Below are positions 36,739-45,953 of a stretch of DNA of 64,000 bases, in pieces. The position numbers and the translations under genes were made by a program. The stretch spans positions 491,282 through 555,281 of the forward strand of contig JAHFKK010000001.1 of assembly GCA_023245335.1 (NCBI GenBank), written 5' to 3'. Source of the stretch: Candidatus Gottesmanbacteria bacterium. Lineage in GTDB: Bacteria > Patescibacteriota > Microgenomatia > UBA10105 > UBA927. The notes beneath the pieces are model-generated. The model made no database searches, was not told where the DNA came from, and was given only the letters and a program-made list of their open reading frames with translations. The first letter of the stretch is position 1; every line of letters starts with the position of its first letter.

Positions 36739-37314
36739 ATGGCAAACCGTATAGTCACCGCTGTCTACGTCAAGAGCTTGAACGGGACCGATGATCTCCT
36801 CAATGACACCAAGCCCCAAATAGTTTTCATGGGACGCTCCAATGTGGGTAAATCCAGCCTCATCAATTCTCTGGTGGGGAAACCCCTGGCCCGGTCCAGC
36901 AAGCAGCCGGGAAAGACGCATACACTCGACTTTTTTCTCATCAATGACAAAGTTTATTTCGTGGATCTTCCGGGCTACGGGTTTGCTAATAGGTCTAAGG
37001 ATGAGCTTGAACATTTCCGTAAACTCATCGCCTGGTATTTGTTTACCTCCGGGGCGCCGATTAAGCTTGCTGTCCTTATCATTGATGTACATATAGGATT
37101 CACCGATTACGATAGGGAATCCATGGAGTTATTGCACGATCACCAAATTCCTTTTGTCCTCGTCGCCAATAAAGCCGATAAGCTCAAGATGGGCGAACGC
37201 GTCAAGAAACTGAAAGAGTTAAGTGCGAGTTACGCAAACATCCTGGTCATTCCCTACAGTTCCTATACAAGAGAAGGTAAGGATAAACTTCTTGCGATAG
37301 TCAGCCTCAAATAA
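36739..37314 (+). CDS. engB: Ribosome biogenesis GTPase EngB/YihA/YsxC
   Basis: GRSNVGKSSLIN, PGKT, DLPGYG, NKAD. Confidence 0.95.
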   Translation: MANRIVTAVYVKSLNGTDDLLNDTKPQIVFMGRSNVGKSSLINSLVGKPLARSSKQPGKTHTLDFFLINDKVYFVDLPGYGFANRSKDELEHFRKLIAWYLFTSGAPIKLAVLIIDVHIGFTDYDRESMELLHDHQIPFVLVANKADKLKMGERVKKLKELSASYANILVIPYSSYTREGKDKLLAIVSLK

Positions 37315-37417
37315 TCTCGTCTGCGCTTCTGGTATGGTGGTATACTTAATCACTGTCATCAATGATCCGTCGTGACGGCTGATAATACAAAACAAAGGAC
37401 GGCGAAAGGACAAAGGT

Positions 37418-37783
37418 ATGAATAATAAAATTCTTCTTGGTATAGTTGCGGTCGTCGTTCTTATCGGGGCGGGATATTATATGTCCAAGGGCGCATACAA
37501 GCCTGCGGTACAGCCAACTCCCTCTACACAAACGGCGGCGGCACCCAATACGGTGACGGTCAATAATTTTGCGTTTGATCCGCCTGCACTCACGGTGAAG
37601 GTCGGAGATACGGTGACCTGGGTCAACCAGGATTCCGTAGGACACACCATAAAAGGCGATGCATTTAACTCTCCGCTCCTTCAGCAGGGAGAAAAGTTTA
37701 CGTTTACCTTTGCCAGCAAAGGGACGTTTAACTACATTTGCAGCGTCCATCCTTCCATGAAGGGTACTATCACGGTTGAATAA
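37418..37783 (+). CDS. Membrane-anchored cupredoxin (plastocyanin/amicyanin-like)
   Basis: F.P..LTVKVGDTVTW.N.D..GH and YICSVHPSM type-1 copper ligands. Confidence 0.9.
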   Translation: MNNKILLGIVAVVVLIGAGYYMSKGAYKPAVQPTPSTQTAAAPNTVTVNNFAFDPPALTVKVGDTVTWVNQDSVGHTIKGDAFNSPLLQQGEKFTFTFASKGTFNYICSVHPSMKGTITVE

Positions 37784-37819
37784 AAATAAGAGGTGCTTCC
37801 GGTTATATAATACAGTCGT

Positions 37820-38773
37820 ATGGCACATACCCTGAAGGCTTTTGAAGTGGATGTAAACGGAAAGGTCTTAGACTATCGGACAGCTGGCGTCGTGGATTTT
37901 CCGGCGGTTCAGCGCTTTTTTTGGAAAAAATACATCGTCAACAAACTTTGGTCCGGCGGACGGCACGTATTGGGAGAACTAGAGAAGGACGGCAGGAAAT
38001 ACTTCTTGAAACTCGCAACGACCGAGGGAATAAGCGCAGTCCTAAAAAATGAATACCATTGGAATGAAGGGTTCCATAGGGCGGTGCCGCAGGGGACGTC
38101 GGAATTCCGGGTTCCGAAAAACCTCGAGCACGGATTATTTGAGGAGCGGCTATATTTCCTCATTACGGACATGTTCGACGGTACCCTTCTGGTCGGAAAG
38201 CCGGATGCTTCCGTCGATATGTCGGTCTTTACGGATACTATAGAATCCGTCGTGAAGTTCTCGGAATTCATACAGACTTTGCCGTTCCATGATGCTACCG
38301 AGACGGGTGATTACCGTGAGCGGTTCCTCCTAAAAGTCCATGCGTGGTATGACCTAATACCGCAGGATGTGCGCGGGAAGTATGAACTCCCGGCGTTGTT
38401 GCACATTGTAGAAAAGGGTGCTGCAGGATTGAAAAAGAAACCGCGTCATGGTGACTTCACTCCGTGGCACCTCATGATGTTGTCAGACGGTAAGCTGGGT
38501 CTTATAGACGGCGAGCATTATATGGCCGCAGGCGTCGCATACTATGACATCGGGTATTTTATCCAGCGGATATACAGCGTCCTTAGTAAACCCGAAATCG
38601 CGGTCGCTACGTATGCCATGCTTATGGAGTCGGGGTACGACGCGAAGGCGCTACAGGTAATACTGGCAAGTCGAGCAATCGGCGGATTTCTGGATGCGTC
38701 GTTTGCGGAGAAACCCGACTATACGATGCATGATGCGTTCAAAGTATGGGTCGTAAATCCTAAAGTAGGATAA
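37820..38773 (+). CDS. Aminoglycoside phosphotransferase-like kinase
   Basis: YFLK, HGDFTPWH, LIDGE, YDIG. Confidence 0.75.
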   Translation: MAHTLKAFEVDVNGKVLDYRTAGVVDFPAVQRFFWKKYIVNKLWSGGRHVLGELEKDGRKYFLKLATTEGISAVLKNEYHWNEGFHRAVPQGTSEFRVPKNLEHGLFEERLYFLITDMFDGTLLVGKPDASVDMSVFTDTIESVVKFSEFIQTLPFHDATETGDYRERFLLKVHAWYDLIPQDVRGKYELPALLHIVEKGAAGLKKKPRHGDFTPWHLMMLSDGKLGLIDGEHYMAAGVAYYDIGYFIQRIYSVLSKPEIAVATYAMLMESGYDAKALQVILASRAIGGFLDASFAEKPDYTMHDAFKVWVVNPKVG

Positions 38774-38781
38774 TACCAGCC

Positions 38782-39036
38782 ATGTTTACCGTTTATATCC
38801 TCCGCACATCTTCTGACACGCTTTATATCGGGCAGGCGAAGAATTTAGAGAAGCGACTTCTCGAGCACAAAAATAAAACAGCCAAATCTGCGAAATATAT
38901 GCGGTACTTCAGGTCATTTACTCTGGTCTATACGGAAGGCAAGCGCACGAGGAGTGCGGCTCTCAGACGGGAAGCGGAATTGAAACGCTTCACGAGAAGA
39001 CAAAAAGAAGTGTTGATTGCCGGGAAAACCCTCTAG
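38782..39036 (+). CDS. GIY-YIG nuclease (YhbQ-like)
   Basis: VYIL...LYIG, RL.EH, AL.RE..LK. Confidence 0.9.
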   Translation: MFTVYILRTSSDTLYIGQAKNLEKRLLEHKNKTAKSAKYMRYFRSFTLVYTEGKRTRSAALRREAELKRFTRRQKEVLIAGKTL

Positions 39037-39052
39037 ATTTTTTAGGGACGTA

Positions 39053-40009
39053 TCAATAGTCCCATTGCCAGAAAAGCACCCGTATCTGTCGGGTTGTTTC
39101 AGGAATTGGTATCGCTGATGGCGTAGCATTTGCAGGGTTTGTAGTCTGCCAGAGTCCGCGCGGAAGCGGGGTATAGCGTGAGTAATGGGCGACACCGACG
39201 CCATACCGCTCCAGTCTCTGCAGAGAACGGTCCAGTTGAGCAACAGGGCTGGTGGTTGTCGCTGCTCGCGCGACCGTGAAGTCCGTACCGTTTGATGCCA
39301 GAGGAAGCGGCGTTGCGAGTGTCTGGTTTCTCCCATCCGCCATCGTGATCGGAGTAGCACCGCTGTCCGCGACCGTCACTTTTGCTTCATTTTCTATCGC
39401 AGTTGCCCCGGTAAATTGGACGGCGCTGAAGTTATCAAGTGGCACTTCCTGGTTGCCGTTACTTGGTGCTTCCTGTATCCATTCGGCAGAGGAGAGGGAT
39501 GAGGTGTATGAAGCAAGCGTGTTATATGACTCGCCGGTCGTATTATTTTTGAATACTATACGCCAATTTTCCGCTGACTCGAGCATAATCGAAGCGGTGA
39601 CCGAATCGCCGGACGTGACCGTCACCGGTATGGGGACGGAGGTGGCCGGTAACAGTTCCAGGAATGCGCTCGTGTTTACCTTGCCGTCGCTGGTCGCGTA
39701 GTTCAGGGTTCCGCTTTGTATGAGGTCGCTTTTTTTGACGCCACCGATTCCTACCCATGTCGAGTCTGCTGCCGTGTGGCCTGATGGAGTAATATGCGGC
39801 ACGGTCCACGTGCCGGCGACGCCGGTGAATATGCCGGTGGTCGCCGCATATCCCGACCAATTCCTCGACGTACCGACCGTGGTATTTATTCCGCCGGGAT
39901 TTTCCTGAGCATGCGCGGGCGATATGGGGAAGACTAAGAGGAGCCCAAAAAGTATGGCAAATACGATACCTCCTCCTTTTTCTGATATCCCGGAATATTT
40001 CCGTCTCAT
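39053..40009 (-). CDS. Secreted glutamic peptidase, family G1 (eqolisin)
   Basis: Signal peptide AHA-Q; S.NWSGY, WVGIGG, LIQSGT, SAEWIQE. Confidence 0.85.
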   Translation of the reverse strand: MRRKYSGISEKGGGIVFAILFGLLLVFPISPAHAQENPGGINTTVGTSRNWSGYAATTGIFTGVAGTWTVPHITPSGHTAADSTWVGIGGVKKSDLIQSGTLNYATSDGKVNTSAFLELLPATSVPIPVTVTSGDSVTASIMLESAENWRIVFKNNTTGESYNTLASYTSSLSSAEWIQEAPSNGNQEVPLDNFSAVQFTGATAIENEAKVTVADSGATPITMADGRNQTLATPLPLASNGTDFTVARAATTTSPVAQLDRSLQRLERYGVGVAHYSRYTPLPRGLWQTTNPANATPSAIPIPETTRQIRVLFWQWDY

Positions 40010-40076
40010 ACTTCCATGATAGCGTAAACGGGAGGATTTAGGATAACGGCAGTATGACAGGTTGAAGGATAGGTTG

Positions 40077-40895
40077 TTAGTGGGCGCTAGTCGTTCCCGA
40101 CAGTTTGGATTCTTCCTGCACAAAATACGAGAGGATTTTATTTTTCCGCTCGTCTACGGTCAACTTTGACTGTATGCCGGGGCCCATGATGCACCCGCCA
40201 TCGCAGTTTAATATGTCGAGGATCCGCAGCGAAGGGTCGGCATCGAACTCTTTGATCGCGGCGATATTGCGCGCTGGGCCGGAAACAATTTTGACAGCAT
40301 TTTTCCCGAGGGTGTCACTCACCTTGCCGCTTTTCGTGAGACCCCCATCCAACGGGTAGAGTTTGGTGAGCCCGGATATGGAGATATCGAAATGATCCTC
40401 GGGGCGTTTGACGTCGTCGGTGATATTGAAATGCGTAAACACCTGGGTAAGCTCGGTATAGGTGAGGACGAGAATATTGAGTTCCGGGGCTTCTTCACGG
40501 GCTTCATACTTTTTGACGAAGCACGGGCCGATAAATACGGGCCGGTAACCCGGATATTTTTCTTTCACGATTTTGGCGGTCGCTATCATCGGTGAATCCA
40601 CGCCTTGGGTGAGGTAATGGCTATATTGCGGCAGCTGCCGTTTGATGAGGCGGACCAGTGTCGGACAGGGGCTTGTGATGTATCGTTTATCGGGGTGACC
40701 CGAAAGGAGTTTCGTCAGTTGCTCGTTCGTGACCCTGGCGCCAGCTGCGACCTCTGCAGTATAGGTAAAGCCTAAGCTTTTGAGCATGGTGATGATACCG
40801 GGGTACGTAAATACGATAGGAAACGACGGCGCAAGCATAGCGACTAATTTTCCTTTGCGAGTGAGAAGATCGATAAGCGTGTCAATGTCGGTCAT
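40077..40895 (-). CDS. Minimal [FeFe]-hydrogenase H-domain-like protein
   Basis: LAPSF, TSPCP, SPM, GPCFVKKYE, ILNCDGGCIMGPG. Confidence 0.85.
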   Translation of the reverse strand: MTDIDTLIDLLTRKGKLVAMLAPSFPIVFTYPGIITMLKSLGFTYTAEVAAGARVTNEQLTKLLSGHPDKRYITSPCPTLVRLIKRQLPQYSHYLTQGVDSPMIATAKIVKEKYPGYRPVFIGPCFVKKYEAREEAPELNILVLTYTELTQVFTHFNITDDVKRPEDHFDISISGLTKLYPLDGGLTKSGKVSDTLGKNAVKIVSGPARNIAAIKEFDADPSLRILDILNCDGGCIMGPGIQSKLTVDERKNKILSYFVQEESKLSGTTSAH

Positions 40896-41403
40896 AGCGG
40901 GTGGTGATCGTCATAACGGCGTATGAAAGCACTCCTCCGAAAAGCGCGGTCACAAGCTGTACTATCCCCATCGCCGTCAAAAAAATCGGCGGTACCAGTC
41001 GGAATCGGAGGTAGATGAACGCTGCCGTATACAACAGAAGATATTTCGCGATTGCGGCGGCGGAGATTTTCAGCGTAAAATTGTATTTTGAGAAATGAGT
41101 AAACGCCCAAATCAGTATGTAATTGCCGAGCCAGATAAATGGTAGGAAAAAATAGAGGAATATCGTTTGCGGTCCAAAAAGGACGCCGTGAGCGAGAGCC
41201 CCGAGACTCGGCAGGATAATGACCGGTATCTGATCCTTCCGAGTGAGCCGGGTAACCGCGAGGAAGAGAAGGCAGTTTACCAGAGTCCCCGTGACTATCT
41301 GGTTGGCATTAAACGCAAGCGGTATCATAAACGCCGCGATATAGAGGGATAGCCGGAGGCTTGTGGTGAGCGGGTGCGGTATTGACACGGTCTTTGATTC
41401 CAT
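40882..41403 (-). CDS. ECF S-component-like membrane protein
   Basis: Q.VTG.LVN..L, PFIWLGN, QLVTALFGG; about six TM; overlaps the hydrogenase-like start. Confidence 0.7.
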   Translation of the reverse strand: MESKTVSIPHPLTTSLRLSLYIAAFMIPLAFNANQIVTGTLVNCLLFLAVTRLTRKDQIPVIILPSLGALAHGVLFGPQTIFLYFFLPFIWLGNYILIWAFTHFSKYNFTLKISAAAIAKYLLLYTAAFIYLRFRLVPPIFLTAMGIVQLVTALFGGVLSYAVMTITTRYDRH

Positions 41404-41498
41404 ATCTATATTATAAGGAGGATATGCGGTAATATTTACGTAAGAAATCGTACAATTGGGTCCCTTACGTTCATTGTTGGAGCTTGTACCATAGATAT

Positions 41499-42218
41499 AT
41501 GGCCTCTCAAGTGAAGAATCCTAGAAGGAAGTGGCTTCGGATACTGAGCATCTGCCTCGGTGTGGCGGTCGTTGTCGCTATCCTCTATTTCACCGTTTCT
41601 TCCGGCCGTTCGTATTTACGTCGGCGGAATATCCGGTTTATGGCGACTGAAATCAACGGCTACGGTCCGCTTGCCCCTTTTGCCGTATTTTTTCTTATAT
41701 TCATAAGCACGGTTATTCCTCCGATCCCGCTTCCCATACCGCTTATAGAGATCGCCGCCGGGTATATTTTCGGCTTTTGGGAAGGACTTATCATCGTATG
41801 GGTCTCGGAAATAATAAGCTCGCTTGCAGCATTTGCCTCGACGAGATTTTTGGGACGGAGAAAAATATTCCGGAGGATTTTGGGGTCTAAGTTCGTGACT
41901 CCGTACCGGCAGTATATAGACCGAAGCGGTCCGACTGCTATCATCGTGACGCGTGCATTCATGGCGGCGCCTATGAATATCGTGAGTTTCCTTGCCGGAC
42001 TGACGATGATGGGGATATGGACATTTATCTTCGCGACCGCTGTGGGTACAATACCTGAATCGATTCTCTATCCATATGTCGGGATGCTCCTCAAAACTAC
42101 ACGATTCAGCCTGTGGCGGCTTTCCATCATTCTCGTGGTCATAAGCATAGTGGGACCACTTTCTATGTTCATATTGCAACGGATGCAAGGCGTGCGTCGA
42201 AAGCGAAAGACATCATGA
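41499..42218 (+). CDS. VTT/TVP38 (DedA superfamily) membrane protein
   Basis: AGYIFGFWEG, R.F...P.N.VS..AG..., TAVGTIP. Confidence 0.85.
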   Translation: MASQVKNPRRKWLRILSICLGVAVVVAILYFTVSSGRSYLRRRNIRFMATEINGYGPLAPFAVFFLIFISTVIPPIPLPIPLIEIAAGYIFGFWEGLIIVWVSEIISSLAAFASTRFLGRRKIFRRILGSKFVTPYRQYIDRSGPTAIIVTRAFMAAPMNIVSFLAGLTMMGIWTFIFATAVGTIPESILYPYVGMLLKTTRFSLWRLSIILVVISIVGPLSMFILQRMQGVRRKRKTS

Positions 42219-42228
42219 AAGGTGCGTT

Positions 42229-43071
42229 ATGTTAACTACCGCAGTCATAGCATTTCGGGAGTTTTTGGAAGCATTTCTTATCGTTGGGGTATTCCTGGGT
42301 ATATCCAGGAAACTCAAGCTTCGGAAAGGATTGGAAATCGGGTTTGCCGCAGCGGTCGGCGTCCTTCTGTCTCTGCTTCTAGCGATCGGTACGTATGTAT
42401 TTGGTGATCACGCCCGGGTCATACTGACCGAGAAGAATGCCGATGCGCTGGAAAGTTATCTCCTTATTTTTTCCGGTGTGTTTATCTCATACGTTGTGTT
42501 CTCGCTTCATGATCTCCTGCGTAAAAGTCGGGGGGGGAGTGTACTTCTCGCCCACAGGAAACTGCAGCAGCGCGAACTTTTTGATGTGTCGCTCTTTGCC
42601 ACGATAGCATTTCTCGTACTGAGGGAAGGATTTGAAATTGCGCTTTTTACTGCAAGTGTCGCGTTATTTTCCGAATTTACGCAAAACGTGTTGGGGCTGC
42701 TATTGGGATTTGCAGCGGCGGCAGTGCTCGGGCTTTCGACGTTTTTTGCGTATATACGATTGCCTCTGGGTAAGGTCTTCAGAGCGACGGAATACATGAT
42801 CATTCTCCTGGGTGCTTCGCTTACTCAACATGGAGTGACACTTCTTTTGGAGACGAATTTCAGCGTGCGCCTTTCCGACATGTTGTCATTCCATCTGTCG
42901 TTTCTCCCGGGAGAAGATAGCCTTCTCGGTCACCTGTTACAGGGGTTTTTGGGTGTTGATAGGGAGTTTAGCCTGGTGAGGCTTACGATCATGATCCTTT
43001 ACATCGGCATGATATATGCCGTGTTTCTCCGAAAAAAGAAAGTAAGACCGGATCTGCCTATTTCAGCCTGA
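42229..43071 (+). CDS. FTR1 family iron permease
   Basis: Two RExxE motifs (REFLE, REGFE); multi-TM. Confidence 0.88.
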   Translation: MLTTAVIAFREFLEAFLIVGVFLGISRKLKLRKGLEIGFAAAVGVLLSLLLAIGTYVFGDHARVILTEKNADALESYLLIFSGVFISYVVFSLHDLLRKSRGGSVLLAHRKLQQRELFDVSLFATIAFLVLREGFEIALFTASVALFSEFTQNVLGLLLGFAAAAVLGLSTFFAYIRLPLGKVFRATEYMIILLGASLTQHGVTLLLETNFSVRLSDMLSFHLSFLPGEDSLLGHLLQGFLGVDREFSLVRLTIMILYIGMIYAVFLRKKKVRPDLPISA

Positions 43072-44004
43072 GATATTGACGACGACTTTCCCTTTGGGGT
43101 GTCCCGTCACAAAGTAGTTAATGGCGAGAGCAGCCTCATCGATCGGGAATACTTTATCAACCTGTGGTTTGATGCTGCCGCTATTTATGAGTTCGGCCAG
43201 GCGCGCCAGATTTTCTGATGATGTTTTGGTACCCTGCCGTATGGCAGTGACTCCGAGTGCTTGTGCTGTGGCATCATCAGGTATTCCTATCATGGTGACC
43301 AGTATCCCGCCTTTTTTTAGCGCGGTAAGCGAGGCGTTGGTCGTCTCCCCGCCGACCGTGTCAAATACGGCATCATAGTCTTTGATACGATCCTGAAAAC
43401 GTTCCGTCCGGTAATCGATAACTACGTCGGCGCCAAGAGCTTTCGTAAACGGCACACCTTCTCCGCTTGCTGTTGCTGCGACAAACGCGCCGTGACTTTT
43501 GGCGATTTGTATAGCGAGAGATCCTATGCCGCCTGCCCCGCCCTGGATAAGAATCTTCTGATCCTTCGATATCTTTATATGCTCTTCTATAGCCTGCACT
43601 GCGCTTGTTCCTACCAAAGGAAGTGATGCGGCATCGGGGAACGTAAGTAGCTCGGGCTTTTTTGCCGTATTTGCTGCATTTGCCGCTACTTTTTCCGCAA
43701 AAGAACCGGACCCGCCATTTACGACGGCGGCACTGCCGTATACCGCGTCGCCGACCGCGTAACCTGTGACCCCCGGTCCGATTTTTTCGACGACGCCGGA
43801 GAAATCTCCGCCGAACGAGTAAGGGAGCGACAAGGAAATTTTATCTTTCAGAGCGCCTGACAGAAGCGTGATATCAAAAGGATTGATGCTCGCAGCCCGT
43901 GCTGCGATCAACAGCTGTCCGGGTTTGAGTGCGGGTTCCGTACTATCTGTGTGGAGCGATACCGTTTTGGCGTCTCCGTATGCGTCGACTTCGATAGTTT
44001 TCAT
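43063..44004 (-). CDS. NADP-dependent oxidoreductase (MDR/quinone oxidoreductase-like)
   Basis: SINPFD, GGDFSG, GGAGGIG, GKVVV. Confidence 0.9.
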   Translation of the reverse strand: MKTIEVDAYGDAKTVSLHTDSTEPALKPGQLLIAARAASINPFDITLLSGALKDKISLSLPYSFGGDFSGVVEKIGPGVTGYAVGDAVYGSAAVVNGGSGSFAEKVAANAANTAKKPELLTFPDAASLPLVGTSAVQAIEEHIKISKDQKILIQGGAGGIGSLAIQIAKSHGAFVAATASGEGVPFTKALGADVVIDYRTERFQDRIKDYDAVFDTVGGETTNASLTALKKGGILVTMIGIPDDATAQALGVTAIRQGTKTSSENLARLAELINSGSIKPQVDKVFPIDEAALAINYFVTGHPKGKVVVNISG

Positions 44005-44027
44005 GGGCCTCCTTATCTGTGATATAA

Positions 44028-44063
44028 TACTCTATAAAGTAGAGTACTATAGAAACTATAGTA
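44028..44063. promoter_or_regulatory. Two adjacent inverted repeats, probable HxlR operator
   Basis: TACTCTA-taaag-TAGAGTA and TACTATAG-aaa-CTATAGTA between the divergent oxidoreductase and HxlR genes. Confidence 0.6.
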
Positions 44064-44071
44064 ATGCAAGT

Positions 44072-44374
44072 ATGAAACAACAGTCGCGCTGCACAACGGA
44101 TAGCCTAAAAGTTCTCGGGGATTTTTGGACGCTTGCGATCATTCAGGAACTGCAGGTGAGTGAAAAACGGTTCTGTGAACTGGAGCGGTCGCTTAAGGTC
44201 GTCAACCCGACGACGCTTACCAACCGATTAAAGAAGCTGGAAGCACTGCGGATCATCAAGCGGCAGGAAGAGACGGTTGATAAGCTTTCCGTGACGTACG
44301 GGCTCACACCAAAAGGCCGCGCAGCACTTTCCGTCATCCGGGAAATGGCTGATTTTGCCCGCAGATATCCTTAA
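44072..44374 (+). CDS. HxlR family transcriptional regulator
   Basis: N-terminal Cys, LGDFWTL.II, RF.EL, L..RLK.LE, Y.LT.KG. Confidence 0.9.
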   Translation: MKQQSRCTTDSLKVLGDFWTLAIIQELQVSEKRFCELERSLKVVNPTTLTNRLKKLEALRIIKRQEETVDKLSVTYGLTPKGRAALSVIREMADFARRYP

Positions 44375-44404
44375 GCCCCGGCGTCAAATCTATCCTCACG
44401 TAGA

Positions 44405-44437
44405 TTTCAGCTGACTTTCAGGAACAGCGACTAGTCT
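44405..44437 (+). promoter_or_regulatory. Direct-repeat box TTTCAG-N5-TTTCAG plus -10-like TAGTCT
   Basis: tttcag ctgac tttcag, then 10 nt, then TAGTCT. Confidence 0.65.
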
Positions 44438-44477
44438 TAAGGGGGAAGACATGATATAAAATACCCACGCACATTTG

Positions 44478-45953
44478 ATGAATAGAATTTATCGAACCCT
44501 CGATCAGGCTGTCGACCGCGCCACTCCCCGTAAGCTTCTGTGGTTATGTATTGCACTCTTTGTTGTTTATTTTTCCTTCGTCGCTTTCGCACGTCATGAC
44601 AATTTTTATTCCCGGCGCTTGGACCTCGGAAACATGGATCAGACGGTATGGAATGTCCTGCACGGGAACGGGTTCACCCTGACCGATCCCATGGGTACCG
44701 CGCAAGAATCCAGACTCGCGATACACGCAGATTTTCTCATGATTCTTATGGTCCCTTTATACCTCCTATGGTCGAACCCGAAGATGCTCGTTCTCGTGCA
44801 GACGGTCATCGTATGTCTCGGGGCCCTTCCGGTCTACTGGATTGCATCCGACAAGTTGAAATCCAGGAAGCTTTCGCTTCTTTTTGCAGTGGGATATCTT
44901 CTGTACCCGCCGGTTGAACGCATGATGCTTCATGATTTCCACGCGGTAGCGTTATCGATGACGTTTCTTTTGTTTGCGTACTGGTATATGTGCCGGAAGC
45001 GGTACGTATGGTTTACGCTATTTGCTATTCTCGCCGGGCTCGGAAAGGAACAGATATGGTTAACCGTCGGCCTCATGGGTCTATACATCGCCATACGGAA
45101 CAAAAAGATTTGGTTCGGACTCCTCGTTTCGTTCCTTAGCTTTTTCACCTTTTATTATTTGTTTTGGCGCGCGATCCCGGCGGTGACACCTGCAAGACAG
45201 CACTTTGCGTTGGTATACTTATCGGACTTCGGTGACCGGCAAAACGTCATTATCAAAAATCTTTTGGAAAAGCCCTGGATTGTCCTGCGGACAATACTTC
45301 TTCCCGATCGTCTATACTATTATTTTCAGCTCCTCATTCCGCTCGCGTTTCTACCATTATTTGCGCCATGGCTGTTGATTTTTTGCGCTCATAGCGTCCT
45401 TATAAACGCTCTAAGCAATAACGCGCTACTTCGACAGATCGATTATCAGTATACGAGCGATATAACGCCGTTTCTTTTTGTCGCCGCGATAGAGGGATAT
45501 GCAATCGTTTCGGCATTTGTTTCTGGCCGTTTGCAAAGTAAGTACGGAAGACATCTGTTGCGGTTTTTGCCCGGCATCGTTATGACCAGTATAGGGGTGA
45601 CGGCAATTCTGTGGGGCGAGTTGCCGGTCGGAATGCAGTCACGATTTTTATATTTTACGTCCTCCCAACCGGAAAATAGCGTAATGCGGCAGGTGGAAGT
45701 CGTCGTCAAGCCGATGTATACTGTGTCGGCGACCAACAATATCGGGGCACATTTTTCGGAACGTGAGCATCTCTATAATTTCCCGTTGAATGCGCTCTCG
45801 GCAGATTATTCGATCGCGCTTCTGGGTGATCAATATGCCTGGCCGAGCGGAGACGCACAAAAGAGCGCGGTAGATGAACTTTTGAAAAGTCCTGACTATA
45901 CACTCATCATACACGACCATAATTTTTATGCGTTTAAGAAAAAAGGATTATGA
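44478..45953 (+). CDS. DUF2079 family membrane protein (probable GT-C glycosyltransferase)
   Basis: DLG..DQ..W, H, DFH, KE, YQY motifs; many TM. Confidence 0.8.
   Translation: MNRIYRTLDQAVDRATPRKLLWLCIALFVVYFSFVAFARHDNFYSRRLDLGNMDQTVWNVLHGNGFTLTDPMGTAQESRLAIHADFLMILMVPLYLLWSNPKMLVLVQTVIVCLGALPVYWIASDKLKSRKLSLLFAVGYLLYPPVERMMLHDFHAVALSMTFLLFAYWYMCRKRYVWFTLFAILAGLGKEQIWLTVGLMGLYIAIRNKKIWFGLLVSFLSFFTFYYLFWRAIPAVTPARQHFALVYLSDFGDRQNVIIKNLLEKPWIVLRTILLPDRLYYYFQLLIPLAFLPLFAPWLLIFCAHSVLINALSNNALLRQIDYQYTSDITPFLFVAAIEGYAIVSAFVSGRLQSKYGRHLLRFLPGIVMTSIGVTAILWGELPVGMQSRFLYFTSSQPENSVMRQVEVVVKPMYTVSATNNIGAHFSEREHLYNFPLNALSADYSIALLGDQYAWPSGDAQKSAVDELLKSPDYTLIIHDHNFYAFKKKGL

Noticed and set aside
40055-40082. 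Degenerate direct repeat (AACAAC-N5-CTTCAAC) upstream of the G1 peptidase
   Set aside because: Too divergent from TTTCAG-N5-TTTCAG, and a separate leaderless -10 already explains the promoter
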